Source: Eledone cirrhosa (taxonomy: Eukaryota). Taken from it: 64,000 nucleotides of DNA. Numbering within the stretch: the first letter of the stretch is position 1; the number at the start of each line of letters is the position of its first letter. Below the pieces are notes generated by a model. That model had not been told where the DNA came from. It worked only from the letters and a program-made list of their open reading frames with translations, and made no database searches. Both the position numbers and the translations under genes were made by a program. Location of the stretch: NCBI GenBank assembly GCA_964016885.1, contig OZ024758.1:4774001-4838000 (forward strand), read 5' to 3'. Positions 14,133 through 26,457 of the stretch are shown here, piece after piece.

Positions 14133-14197
14133 TATTTTATCTGATGAAAGTGCACCATAATTTGCTTTGGTGTCCTTGAAATATGTATAATGAAATA
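14133..14197 (+). ncRNA. Minimal type I hammerhead motif, family A
   Basis: TATTTTAT CTGATGA AAGTGCACCATA ATTTGC TTTGGTGTCCTT GAAA TATGTA TA ATGAAATA: 8-bp stem I, intact core, overlapping downstream AATAAA. Confidence 0.72.
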
Positions 14198-14352
14198 AAT
14201 ATGGTTTTATAAATATAGTTTCCACTTGTTAATATATTATATATATATATATCTTTAGTCGGCATCTACAGGAATAAATTTTTAATTGAAAAGAAAATCT
14301 CTTATTGAAAACTTCAAATACATTTTCTCAATTATCAGTTACTGATGTTACA

Positions 14353-14490
14353 GAAAATGTTAGGATGAAAGTGGTTGAACCATAGGACAAAATGTTAGGA
14401 TCAGAGTCGTATCATAGGACACAATGTTAGGATGGGAGTGGTTGTATCATAGGACAAAATGTTAGGATCAGGTTGGTTTTATCATAGGAC
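14353..14490. repeat. About 33-bp tandem repeat, 4 copies
   Basis: AAAATGTTAGGAT...ATCATAGGAC repeated. Confidence 0.8.
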
Positions 14491-15090
14491 AATTGTTTCT
14501 ACTTTTGGCACAAAGCCAGCAATTAACCCAGTGTATTACTGGTACTTTATTTTATCGTACCTTTATCGAAGTGTACTCTGTTGTAAATTTCGGGCCAACT
14601 CTCATGCTTAAATACAACATAACGGTTTTCATTAGTGTTTTTAATCATAGATAGGGTCTGATAGAATAAGTCTAAGTCTAAAGAGCAGCTTCCTAAATGT
14701 ATGAGCAACAGTAGTCATTGTAGAGAACTGTGAAAAATCTTTCCAGTGTTAAGCAAAATAAAAAGGCCCTATTCTTCGTGATGATCCGCCTCTCAAAGTC
14801 AGGAATAATGCTTCAGGAATTGAATGAAATAAGAATCAATGCTTTCCCTTATCAATCGTATTCCACGTGCCTTTTCCATGGCGGGTTTTCAGATTCCAGA
14901 CAGACATAAAATAAATTTTCAAAGAATTCATTGACTCAAAAATATCGATTTCTTCAAGAATCTATAGCCTCATTACACGATAGAAAATGTCTTGTGTGTC
15001 AAATGGAAATTAGATTGATCGAAGCATGCTTTTCAATTCTATTTTCAATCCTTTCAAACCTCACTGAAATGTTGTGGTAATTTTTTGCAG

Positions 15091-15312
15091 GGCTTCCCGC
15101 CCCAGTGGTAAGTTCAATTCATTTTATGTTCAACCTGAACTTCTGTGGATTGTTACAAGTGGTGTAAAAGAATTTGGTCTTGGGGAGAGTGGTATAGAAT
15201 TTCAGTTCTACATAGAGAGAACAAAACGAAATATTCCACGTGAGATTTACTGGGCAGATACTGCTGGTTTTATGAAAGGAGGACGAATGACTGTATCTTA
15301 TGGGATTAACAG
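15091..15312 (+). CDS. Candidate internal coding exon (222 bp, phase 2-2), protein not recognised
   Basis: Acceptor TTTTTTGCAG|G, donor AACAG|GTATTG, length a multiple of 3, non-repetitive open frame ASRPSGKFNSFYVQPELLWIVTSGVKEFGLGESGIEFQFYIERTKRNIPREIYWADTAGFMKGGRMTVSYGIN. Confidence 0.6.
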
Positions 15313-16459
15313 GTATTGATACGCTTGTTAGTTCAGAATAGAAAGAACCTTTATAATAGCGATAACAAGGTAGGGAATGAGAAGATTGAACAAAAAGTAA
15401 AGGAGATGGTGGAACAGAAAGAGAGATACATACTGAGAAAGTGAGACCGACAGACTGTATGAAAAGGGATAGGCATAAAAATAGAAGGTGCAGTGTGTTT
15501 ACCAGTTTATACGTGTAAAATGAGGGAAATATAAAAGATTGAACATATATTACACCAAACACATGCCTGATCGAATAATAAGCCTATAGAAATAAGGATA
15601 AATAGGGAATATGATGTCGAGGGTATAACTAAAAGTTACAAGCTTATGTAAATAAGGTAATAATTATATAAAAGTTAGTTGATCAAATACTCTACCGATT
15701 TTTTCGTAAGCAGACAAAGTACTCAACGATTTGTATTCCTTAGAATTGTTTCGGTAAGGTATCAACCAGAGTTTTAATATAATAAATAAGATAAACGCTT
15801 TTATTCCTACATCTTCATTTTATTACATAATTCCATAATGGAATTATGTAATAAAATCATGATATATATATAGAGAGAGAGGCTGTTTCATTCTTACATA
15901 TATATATATTAATAATAGTAATAAACGAAATATATATATACTTTATATCATCTATTTATTTCATTATATATGTTTCGAATGTGTAAAGTTGTATGTATAA
16001 TATAAAGCAAAATATGTAGAAAATGTATAATTGTTTCCATGACATGCTAGTAGACAAACAAACTGGACAGATCGGTTATCACCAGGCATATGACTAGAAA
16101 ACCTTCAGCACATAAGAGAGTTACATGATTGGCATGAAACGTTTAAACCAGCTGTAATGTTTTCTAAGTTATTTAAAATATAGCGTGATAATATATATGT
16201 GTTTTGCAAGGTTTTTGCTATATAAATATATATAAATATATACACAAGTACATATAAACAACAAACACATAAACACACACTAGTAAACAAAGATAGATAC
16301 AAAAACAAACGCGAACTCACTACCTAACATTATACACACGCAAACGCATGCGCAGAGACGGAGACAAGAAGAAATAAATAAATAAAATAAAATAAAAATG
16401 GCGTAGACATTACAATACAATACAATACAATACAATACAATACGAGGGAACATAATAGT

Positions 16460-16501
16460 ACCACTAATGATGTTGCAGATGTGCAACGAACGAACTTTGA
16501 T
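16460..16501 (+). ncRNA. Degenerate hammerhead motif, family C
   Basis: ACCA CTAATGA T GTTGCA GATG TGCAAC GAAC GAAC TT TGAT; core mutated but stem II shows compensatory changes relative to the 9980 copy. Confidence 0.45.
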
Positions 16502-16856
16502 AGACTATACATATATATATTTATATCTGTATTTTTAACCGTTGGTCAATCAATGATAAACATCGATTACCAAATAAATTAACTATGGAGATATAAAAGA
16601 TACAGAAACGAAAATCAACCAAACAGTGAGTGTGTTCTGTTATTTCTGGCAATTTTATTACAATATGACCCTCCCCAAGTATAACAATATATATATATAG
16701 AGAGAGAGATTTTGAGTATATGTTGGTTGTATACCAACACCTCAGTGTGCAGGCTGGAGCACTCGACGAAGTGCGCAGGTTAGTTTGGTTACTCCGAAGT
16801 AATGTAAAATAAAGTTAAATAAAAAGTCAGATGTTTAAAATTTAGCTTCGTTTATT

Positions 16857-16911
16857 ACTGCTATATATATTTCAGTGACAGCCATCTTTGGCTGTGACCT
16901 CTTCAGGCAGT
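16857..16911 (-). ncRNA. Minimal type I hammerhead motif, family B (intact)
   Basis: ACTGC CTGAAGA GGTCACAGCCA AAGA TGGCTGTCACT GAAA TATATA TA GCAGT then AATAAA; palindromic stem III segment. Confidence 0.8.
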
Positions 16912-17039
16912 CTGAATTAGTGTGGTATAGACAGTTCCTCAGTGAAATAACAACCCAACCAGGAACTGGGCATATCAGAGTATTGACAAAATTATACACC
17001 TCAACAACGTATGTACTTGTCTATACCACACTAATTCAG

Positions 17040-17093
17040 ACTGCTGAAGAGGTCACAGCCAAAGATGGCTGTCACTGAAATATATATAGCAGT
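17040..17093 (+). ncRNA. Hammerhead motif, family B (1-nt deletion at the stem I/core junction)
   Basis: ACTG CTGAAGA ... GAAA TATATA TA GCAGT. Confidence 0.6.
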
Positions 17094-17483
17094 AATAAAC
17101 GAAGGTAAATTTTAAACATCTGACTTTTTATTTAACTTTATTTTATATATATATATATATATAATTCTGGTTGTATTCTCATTAAAAACCTTCTATACAC
17201 TTGTTTACCAGCAAATTGAATTGCCATTTGTTATACTTTCCCCTCTCCTCTTCCTTTCTTACGACTAATATAAATACTTTGATTTTTCTGATTTTTTCAA
17301 ATTTATCCATTATCTCTGAAGAAGTGACAACTGATTATACATTTGCTATCGATTACGTGCTAATATTATATGATTACGCAAGCAGCGATACATAGGTATT
17401 CCGTCTGTTACAGAAACATATGTCAATACCTAATAAATTCCTTTTTAAAAAAGCACTTTCATTTTATATTCATCTTTTCTATG

Positions 17484-17519
<36 letters not shown>

Positions 17520-17522
17520 ATA

Positions 17523-17645
17523 TTACTGAGTAAAATGTCAGGAGGCAGGACTGGTGAAATTCCTTCAAAGATTTATAGTATGTTTGCTATGATAAATCTT
17601 TGAAGGAATTTCACTAGTCCAGCCTCCTGTCATTTTACTCAATAA
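17523..17645. mobile_element. Short fold-back, family D 3' portion
   Basis: TGAGTAAAATG.CAGGAGGC.GGACT.GTGAAATTCCTTCAAAGATTTAT inverted; homologous to 25420-25475. Confidence 0.7.
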
Positions 17646-17789
17646 TAATTAACTCCGCTCTTGTACCACCAATAAGATTCAACATAAACGAAGATGGATG
17701 AGTTGCATTACGTCGAGTGCTTTTCCTAATATTACATCACGGAATGGTCAGTTCTATCCAGTGGTGAACCAACAAACCCGAGAGAGAAA

Positions 17790-17903
17790 GAGTGTGAGTG
17801 AGTGAGTGAGTGAGTGAGTGAGTGAGTGAGTGAGTGAGTGAGTGAGTGAGTGAGTGAGTGAGTGAGTGAGTGAGTGAGTGAGTGAGTGAGTGAGTGAGTG
17901 AGT
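17790..17903. repeat. (GAGT)n microsatellite
   Basis: Direct inspection. Confidence 0.95.
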
Positions 17904-17920
17904 TAGAAAGTGAACAGAAA

Positions 17921-17985
17921 ATTCTGACGAACGATCCAGACGTATATATTATTATCGTCTGGGATCCAGAAACCTTTGGTAATGG
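17921..17985 (+). ncRNA. Hammerhead-like motif, family E
   Basis: CTGACGA AC GATCCAGACG (loop) CGTCTGGGATC CA GAAA CC TTT GG TA ATG; stem I cut off by the inverted flank; homologue at 47718-47826. Confidence 0.5.
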
Positions 17986-18861
17986 AGTAGTTATATTTTG
18001 TGTTCACTTTCTAATTAAATAGCTCTGTTCTATACATAGAGCACTCTTTTTTCCTTTGCTTTTCCTTTTGAATTACGTAACATTATAAATATATATATAT
18101 ATATATATAGATGTTTTTTTAAACACCCCAGTGAAATATTCTATATATTAATTATATATTGTATGGACAATCTTATTCACCAGATCTATTACAAGCCTCT
18201 GTATATAATATGTTAACAGCTTCGTATATTTACTTTACACATCATTCACCTGGTGTATTTTACCAGAGTCAGATGGCTCGAGTCTATGTTATATGGAAGC
18301 TAACATACAACCATTGATTGAAACGTCTTTTTGCATTAGATTTTGTTTCTAAGGAAGATATTTTTTGATGTGTTAAGCGAATAGAAACAAATGCCATGTA
18401 AACATAAATGTGAAATATATGTTTTTTTGCTATGCTTTTTTTTTTTTGTTCTACATATTTAAGTTGTGTTTGTTTTCTTTTTTAAATCATGTTCGTAATA
18501 CGTTGCGCTCAAAAAGTTTCATGTCAAAACTCATATTGCTTTGTCTATCAGGAAACAAGGAGAAGAATCGAATTAAGTATTAGATATGCAACAAGAAAAT
18601 TGAAAACAGAACGAAGATATTCATTCTTTAAAAACGGTCAGAACAATAACATGAAATTACGAAGATAACAAATGAACAAAAAGTAAAAGGTAGAGAGAGA
18701 ATAAAAGACTGAGGAAAAAATGTTGTATATGAAGTGAAGAAGTAGCAAAGCATATCTTCCAAGGACTATTAACAATTCATTGCTTCCTGAAGCCATTAAA
18801 GATATATTCCACGACACTTTGAATGTACAAGATTCTGTATAACACTTCCTCCTTTGTAACG

Positions 18862-18928
<67 letters not shown>

Positions 18929-19003
18929 ACACTTTTCTATTTCCTTTTTCACATCCAACGATCTGTTACCTAACACACACACACACACACCCACACCCAC
19001 ACC

Positions 19004-19034
<31 letters not shown>

Positions 19035-19464
19035 GGGTATATATACATATGTATGCAAGCATACATACATATTAGCAAATATAAGTGTACACACACATAT
19101 ATATATATATATCAGGAAGGGTATTTGTTTTGCAAGATTCTTGACGTGACCGCGTGTGTTGAATCAGAAAGTTGTCCTTTGCGCGGTTCCTACTTCCTAA
19201 CAAAGACCCATGCCCCTGTTTTTTCACAACTTTATCTATACATATACATACACAATTAATGAAGTGGATAACAATCTCGTGAAAATTAGAGGCAACGATT
19301 TTTTGGAATGACAGTTGAAGGGAGTTAATAATACGCTATATATATGTAAAACAAATTAACAAGATGTTAAGGGCATTACAAAGCTACAGGGCTTGGTTCC
19401 AATAAGAGAGATCTGTAGCAGAGGCTGAGCAGCAGCTTGGGAGCCTTAGTTGGCCTACAGTCTG

Positions 19465-19860
19465 TTAAGTAGAGAGTCTCTCTATATTGGAGGGTTTATA
19501 GAGACTAATTATTTTAGAGGCCATACAAATATCTTTCTCGAATCTACCCCTACGTCTTCTGTTGGTTGGTTTTGCCCGCAATATCATTCCAGTAATTCTT
19601 TGCTTAGACATTTTAAACTCATCTCCGTAGTAAAGTAACTGTGTTCTCTTGATTCTGAGAGGTAACGGCTTTACTTGGAGTGACTCCCTGATCTCCGACT
19701 TTCTCACATTATCGAGTAATGTTAATTCAAAGACGTTCGCTAGAAACCCATTTTGGCCGCTAGTATTCGCGGTTGTATTGCTTCGGTTACTACGCAATAT
19801 TCTTTACCATAAGTAAGGGTAGCTACGAACAAAGAATTGAATAGCTTGGCTAAACACCCT
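19465..19860 (-). mobile_element. RTE-clade LINE fragment
   Basis: TLLDNVRKSEIRESLQVKPLPLRIKRTQLLYYG...RAKPTNRRRRGR fits the post-RT region of RTE elements. Confidence 0.75.
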
Positions 19861-20224
19861 TCTGCTGATCAAGTATAAGTAGTTAATAATATGAAATCAG
19901 GACCAGAGAACTTAGACTCTTAGGTCTTGCGGTCCTCATTATGAGAGCATCATTAGATAGTAATAATTGGCAAAATCAGTAAGTTATCAGAGATTGAGAG
20001 ACAGAAGGGAATTTGAGGCAAAAAACAGAGAGAGAGAGAGAGAGAGAGAGCGATAGCGAGAGAAAGGGGGAGAAAGAGAGAGACTAGTCAGTTAGGGAGA
20101 CAAGATATTTTCTACAACGGTGTATAGAATTAACTAGATCAAAGGTCATATTATCTAACAGATTTATCAATGCCTGCAATTTAGTATTCTGACCACATAC
20201 ATACACACGCGCACACATAAATAG

Positions 20225-20269
<45 letters not shown>

Positions 20270-21459
20270 AATATATATACATAAATACACGTATTTCTAT
20301 CGGTGCACGAGATAAGAGATTTTATACATATATGTGTGTGTGTGTAGGATTGTTATATAAATATATATGTGTGTATGTGTGCCTGTATCTACTATACATA
20401 TATGTGCGTGTGTACTATATATATATATGCGTGTGTGAGTGTGTCTGTGTGTACAACGATCACCTTAATACAAATACTAGCATATAAAACAAACCTAAAC
20501 AACGAAGATAGAAATTTATTTGTTAGATATTTTAATAAAATCTTGTGTAAAATAAAATAACAAAAATCTGACAGAGATTCTGTTATGTTTTATTGCGGGC
20601 GAGTTCATATTACCAATTGTATATATGAATGTATTATGTATACCAACAAAAATTGGACTATTTTTCATTTGGACTGATTATGAGAATCGTTCAGATGTGA
20701 AAGACAAACATGAATGATGAGCTATTTGGTTCACGCTTCCCAAATATTTCAAAGCTTCTTGCTTGTCTGAAGAATGCCGAAACAGTTCAACAAATCCTTT
20801 CATAACACGTCCTTGTTATTCATTAGACATTTCTAGTAAGAATTTATCAGATTTATTATACTTGATAATTCGATTTATGATTATTAAGAAAGTGCTGGTG
20901 AAATTGGGTATATTGAAGAGAGTAGTAAAATAATAAGGAAAAAAAAAACAGATTGATACAAATAAAATAAAAATGGAGGATGGCATAAGAATAGGCCGAA
21001 ACATGACTCGTTTTATTTTCGAACTCAGTATGAATAATTAGGCTAAACAATTCTGAAGATTTAGCAAGCGGAGTGGCGTCTTGTTACATAGGATCTATTT
21101 GTTTAGCGGGGATAAAAGAGAGAAGGGTTTGTTAATGGTGCATGCCCGAACTGACAAGAAGGAACATTTATTTTATTCTCTTTTATTAGATTCTTACCAT
21201 TGTGTAAGGTTTTTGTGTTTGGTGAGAGAGGAGGGGGGGGGGGGGTCAGAGGATTGGTTTTACTAGAATTCATCATATTTTGGGGAAGGATCACCATTGT
21301 TCCTTTGTAGAGATTGTTGAATATTTGTTAGAGAAAGGCAATGAAAATTGTGATATCAATGTATTATTGTCCATAAAATATCACACATAGATTGCTACAA
21401 AAACTCCTAATTGTCAGCACTAACAGATAAAAATATACATGTGGATCTGTATAGCATTA

Positions 21460-21491
21460 TATATATATGCATGCACATATGTATATATGTT

Positions 21492-21556
<65 letters not shown>

Positions 21557-21637
21557 GCATGCACATATGTATATATGTTTCTCTGTGTATATATATATAT
21601 GTATATATATGCATGCACATATGTATATATGTTTCTC

Positions 21638-21686
<49 letters not shown>

Positions 21687-21723
21687 ATATATATATATAT
21701 GCATGCACATATGTATATGTTTC

Positions 21724-21791
<68 letters not shown>

Positions 21792-21821
21792 TGCATGCAC
21801 ATATGTATATATGTTTCTCTG

Positions 21822-21854
<33 letters not shown>

Positions 21855-21877
21855 GCATGCACATATGTATATATGTT

Positions 21878-21916
<39 letters not shown>

Positions 21917-21949
21917 ATATATGCATGCACATATGTATACATGTTTCTC

Positions 21950-21992
<43 letters not shown>

Positions 21993-22073
21993 GCATGCAC
22001 ATATGTATATATGTTTCTCTGTGTGTATATATATATGTATATATATATGCATGCACATATGTATATATGTTTC

Positions 22074-22117
<44 letters not shown>

Positions 22118-22137
22118 TGCACATATGTATATATGTT

Positions 22138-22179
<42 letters not shown>

Positions 22180-22201
22180 TGCACATATGTATATATGTTT
22201 C

Positions 22202-22245
<44 letters not shown>

Positions 22246-22267
22246 TGCACATATGTATATATGTTTC

Positions 22268-22311
<44 letters not shown>

Positions 22312-22331
22312 TGCACATATGTATATATGTT

Positions 22332-22373
<42 letters not shown>

Positions 22374-22393
22374 AACATATATACATATGTGCA

Positions 22394-22463
<70 letters not shown>

Positions 22464-22536
22464 TGCACATATGTATATATGTTTCTCTGTGTGTATATAT
22501 ATATATATGCATGCACATATGTATATATGTTTCTCC

Positions 22537-22575
<39 letters not shown>
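21460..22575. repeat. Minisatellite: about 32-bp block plus variable (AT)n, about 15 direct units and 1 inverted
   Basis: Block GCATGCACATATGTATATATGTTTCTCTGTGT; inverted unit at about 22365-22398. Confidence 0.93.
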
Positions 22576-22581
<6 letters not shown>

Positions 22582-22758
22582 CGTACGCGTGTGCGCGCGC
22601 GTGCGTGCGTGACTATGTATATGAGAGGTCTACATATATTAGCCTGTGCCAGTTTGGATTGGATTGTCTTGTATATCAATTTTGCAGAGGCAGTAAAGTT
22701 GATTTCAGATATTTAAATAGCGTTGAGTGTGTATGTATATATAGTGCTCTTGTATATG

Positions 22759-22795
<37 letters not shown>

Positions 22796-23042
22796 ATAAT
22801 TGTATGTATATATATATTGATAATTATGTATATATATATATTGTCAATTGTATGTATATATATATTGATAATTATGTATGTACATATTGATAATTATGTA
22901 TGTATATATTTTGATAATTATGTATATGTATTGATAAATGTGTATGTATATAAATTGATATATGTGTATGTATATATATATGTGTGTGTGTGTATATATA
23001 TATATATGTGTGTGTTTGTGTGTGTATATATAAGTATTCATA

Positions 23043-23080
<38 letters not shown>

Positions 23081-23700
23081 TTATATATATATATATATAG
23101 ATAAATGTGTGTATGTATATATATATATTGATAAATGTGTATGTATATCTATTGATTTATTGATAAATTGATTGGAAATGATATGCAAGGCGACCATAAA
23201 AGAATATATACATACACATACACGTTGTGTGTGTGCGTGTATTTGTGTCTACGTGAGGGGTATGTGTCTATGTGTGTGTATACGTATGGGGCGTATGTGT
23301 GTGTATACGTATGGGGTGTATGTGTGTATAGGGAATAATTATATCTATAGATATGTGAAAAGTTTTTGTATGCTTACCACATCTATTACAAAACTCCTCA
23401 ATTATCAATTCATATAGGACTATTTATTCACGTTCAGGAATTTATATGTATTTGGTAACTACAAATTGTATTTATGGATTCAGACCAAAACAAAGAATGT
23501 ATGAATAAAACAGACAAATAGACTAAGTCTAATGGAGACTTTGAAGTTTTCCTCTAATTCGATATACCGTTTCTGTGTGTGGGGGGGGGGGGAGTATGTG
23601 TCTGTGTGTACGTGTATCTCTCCTTCACATCTGATAGATAGATAGAAAGAGAGAGAAAGATAGCTAGAGAGAGAGCTAGAGATAGCTAGAGAGAGAGATA

Positions 23701-24847
23701 CAGTGGTGGACATGCCAGGGGGCCCACAGTAGCATTGCAAGAGACAACAGTAGCATTGCAGCGCCTACTGTAGTATTTTAGGGGCCAATGCTTTGCTTTC
23801 AAAAAATACCTGAAATCTAAGAGAAAGAATAAATCTTTTTAAAAAATAAATAAAACAATTAAGCAAAGCATTTGGTCCACCAATTCCCCGGGGAATTACT
23901 AGATACCAAAATATATGATAGTGGAAATAGCTGGAATCAGTGGTTGTACATTGTACTTAATCTAAAGCTTAGTTTATTCATTCACGCATGCAATCATACA
24001 TATAGAGACACAGACACACAAGCATATATATATATACTTACACACGAGAGAGAGAAAGAGAGGGGGGGTAGAAATGAAACATGGATTACAGGTTAAAATA
24101 TAGTCTAGATAGATGAGAAACAAAACGAGGATGTAGTTTATGGAACACCCAAATGATTGAGAAGTCGACCTTAAGTAGGAGCAATAACATTAAGAAAGAC
24201 ATGAACGACACCACAACACTTTGTTTTGAAATTTTTGAAAGTAGGTTTATAAGTATGAATTTTCATAAGATTTTCGTAGTTGTCTCTGTGGCCTAGTGGT
24301 AGGTACTAGAGCCGGTGGAGAACCTGGCCTTGGGTTCAATCCTGGTCCAGAGGTACATGAACACTTTTTCAGTTTTTATTTTAAAAACCATAGAAAAAAA
24401 ACTGCAAAGGTTTACCGGGAACCCTACTCCCGACCAGACTCGAACTTCAGACCAGGAACACCGCCGTCTATGACTCCTCCAACTAGGCTACCGAGACAGC
24501 TACAAAAGTATAATGAAAATTGATAATTATAAACCTACTTTCAAAATCAAAGTTAAAAAGATATGGTGTCATTCATGGATTTCCTAGAGTTATTAGTAAT
24601 AGTTAGGGTCGACTTCTGGTCATTATTGAAAGTCTCTGGATTTCGCAAAACATTTTTTATTGGCGAAGGTAAGATACTTTTCCGCAAAACTTTGATTGCA
24701 CTGTTTTGTTTCCACTTGTATTTTTCCACATGTATTTTTTTTTAAATGGTATTTATTCATTATAAAAATTAAATGATAGTATTCTGTATGTAGGTGGGCC
24801 CCTTTCATCTCCTGGCCACCAATATTTTTAGACCCAGTCGGCCACTG
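23701..24847. mobile_element. Possible non-autonomous hAT element
   Basis: Ends CAGTGGTGGA / TCGGCCACTG, subterminal GGGCCC at both ends, near-TSD GAGAGATA/GATAGATA in simple-repeat context. Confidence 0.4.
24150..24625. mobile_element. Diverged fold-back with a tRNA-like unit in each arm
   Basis: Arms share GAAGTCGACC, CATGAA.GACACCA, TTTTGAAAGTAGGTTTATAA and GTAG.TGTCTC.GT.GCCTAGT; tRNA-like units at 24282-24354 (+) and 24426-24497 (-). Confidence 0.7.
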
Positions 24848-24881
24848 GATAGATAGATAGACAGATTTGAATCCGGGATAA

Positions 24882-24913
<32 letters not shown>

Positions 24914-25477
24914 ACATATCATATACGATAATAGACATAAAAAGACAAACAAATACAAAGAGAAAGAAACAAACAAACAAACAGAGAAGAAGCAGAGAGA
25001 TGAATTACTTAATATTAATCACAGAATGGAATGTAAGACGACTTGTTGTACAGCAAGTTCATTCCAGCCAGAGAATGTTTTTTAAACTACAGCCATATAT
25101 GAGGTTATAGAATTAGCTGCCTTTTCCTACGATCACACAGAACATTTCTTAGGCTACATTCCTTAGTTATATCGATCAGATATCTTTATATGTTCTTACA
25201 GGCTTAATATACCACGCAATGTTTGATTCCCCAAGTATGTGTGGACGTCACATAATATCTTGTCAAATTACATTGTTTGGCATTTAGGTTCTCCCCTGGG
25301 GCTTTTTTGGGCTAAATGATTTTGTATACTGTTGAATACACATCCCCTAACACACACATATATATATTTAGTGTGGTGTGTGATGTGTGGTGTGTGGTGT
25401 GTGGTGTGTGGTGTATTATTGTATTGAGTAAAATGATAGGTCGGACTGGTAAAATTCCTCCAAAGATTTATTTTAGC

Positions 25478-25539
25478 AAACACTATGTACATTTCAGTGG
25501 GCAGGTTACGTAAGATCCTGGTGACATCATCAGGTGTTT
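25478..25539 (-). ncRNA. Minimal type I hammerhead motif, family D
   Basis: AAACAC CTGATGA [imperfect stem II, CAGG/CCTG] GAAA TGTACA TA GTGTTT; palindromic TGTACA; AATAAA downstream. Confidence 0.7.
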
Positions 25540-25660
25540 ATTGCATAATAGATATAAAATGTGGCTATAAGGAGAGAAAGCAAAGAAAAAAAAAACAGAG
25601 AAAAGTGTTTTTGACTCGAAGGCGATGACGAGGGTCAGTTGTGGCCAGTTTGGCTGACCG

Positions 25661-25732
<72 letters not shown>

Positions 25733-26005
25733 CCATATACACATAAGTGTGCATCAAAATACATCCAAACTTACAACTAGAGACAATCTGTACTGAATGT
25801 AAGATTACATAATTCGTTGAATATCCTATTAAATTTAATAAAAATTATATTTTTATATATTTCCCTCATTTTTATATATTTCCCTCCTATGTATTCTCCC
25901 AAAAATCAATAGATTTCACCAAATAACGGCGAAATTAGATATTTATAAACGGATCATCAGTGAGGGAATTCCAAAATCATTTTCTCTCCAATACAGGGTT
26001 ATACA

Positions 26006-26078
<73 letters not shown>

Positions 26079-26373
26079 AATAAATGTGAAGACTAAAATC
26101 AGAAAGCTAGTTTCATGGACGGTTTCAACGTACGGTTAGGGGGTAACTCCATAAGTTTGTAAGAATTCCGTTCAATCTTGGAGTATAAAGTATAAAAGAG
26201 AAAACACAGGTAAGCATTAAGAGAAAGATGTTATCCAGGTATTTACGACCGTTTCATTGGTAAGTGCAACCTTAAATTGCTATACTGCAAATAGCAGCCA
26301 CTCAATTATAATTGTTCACGTCCAAATTTTCAAAGAGAGAGAGAGAGAGACAGAGAGACAGAGAGACAGAGAG

Positions 26374-26457
<84 letters not shown>

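Larger units (their letters stand above)
13880..14238. mobile_element. Fold-back element, family A (176-bp arms, 7-nt spacer), (TA)n-flanked
   Basis: 13880-14055 is the reverse complement of 14063-14238 with about 2 mismatches; homologue at 52990-53445. Confidence 0.85.
16805..17145. mobile_element. Fold-back element, family B (about 128-bp arms)
   Basis: 16805-16933 inverted against 17018-17145; (TA)n at the right end. Confidence 0.85.

Noticed and set aside
20762-20792. CTGAAGA-ATGCC-GAAA-CAGT-TC hammerhead-like string
   Set aside because: No stem II is possible in 5 nt and there is no second copy; the region may be a decayed transposase remnant
21460-22575. CRISPR-like layout of a constant 32-bp block with variable spacers
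   Set aside because: Spacers are only (AT)n, no cas genes, eukaryotic context
24282-24354. Functional tRNA gene
   Set aside because: The anticodon arm does not form a canonical stem-loop and the unit lies in an inverted repeat; SINE heads were rejected for the same reason
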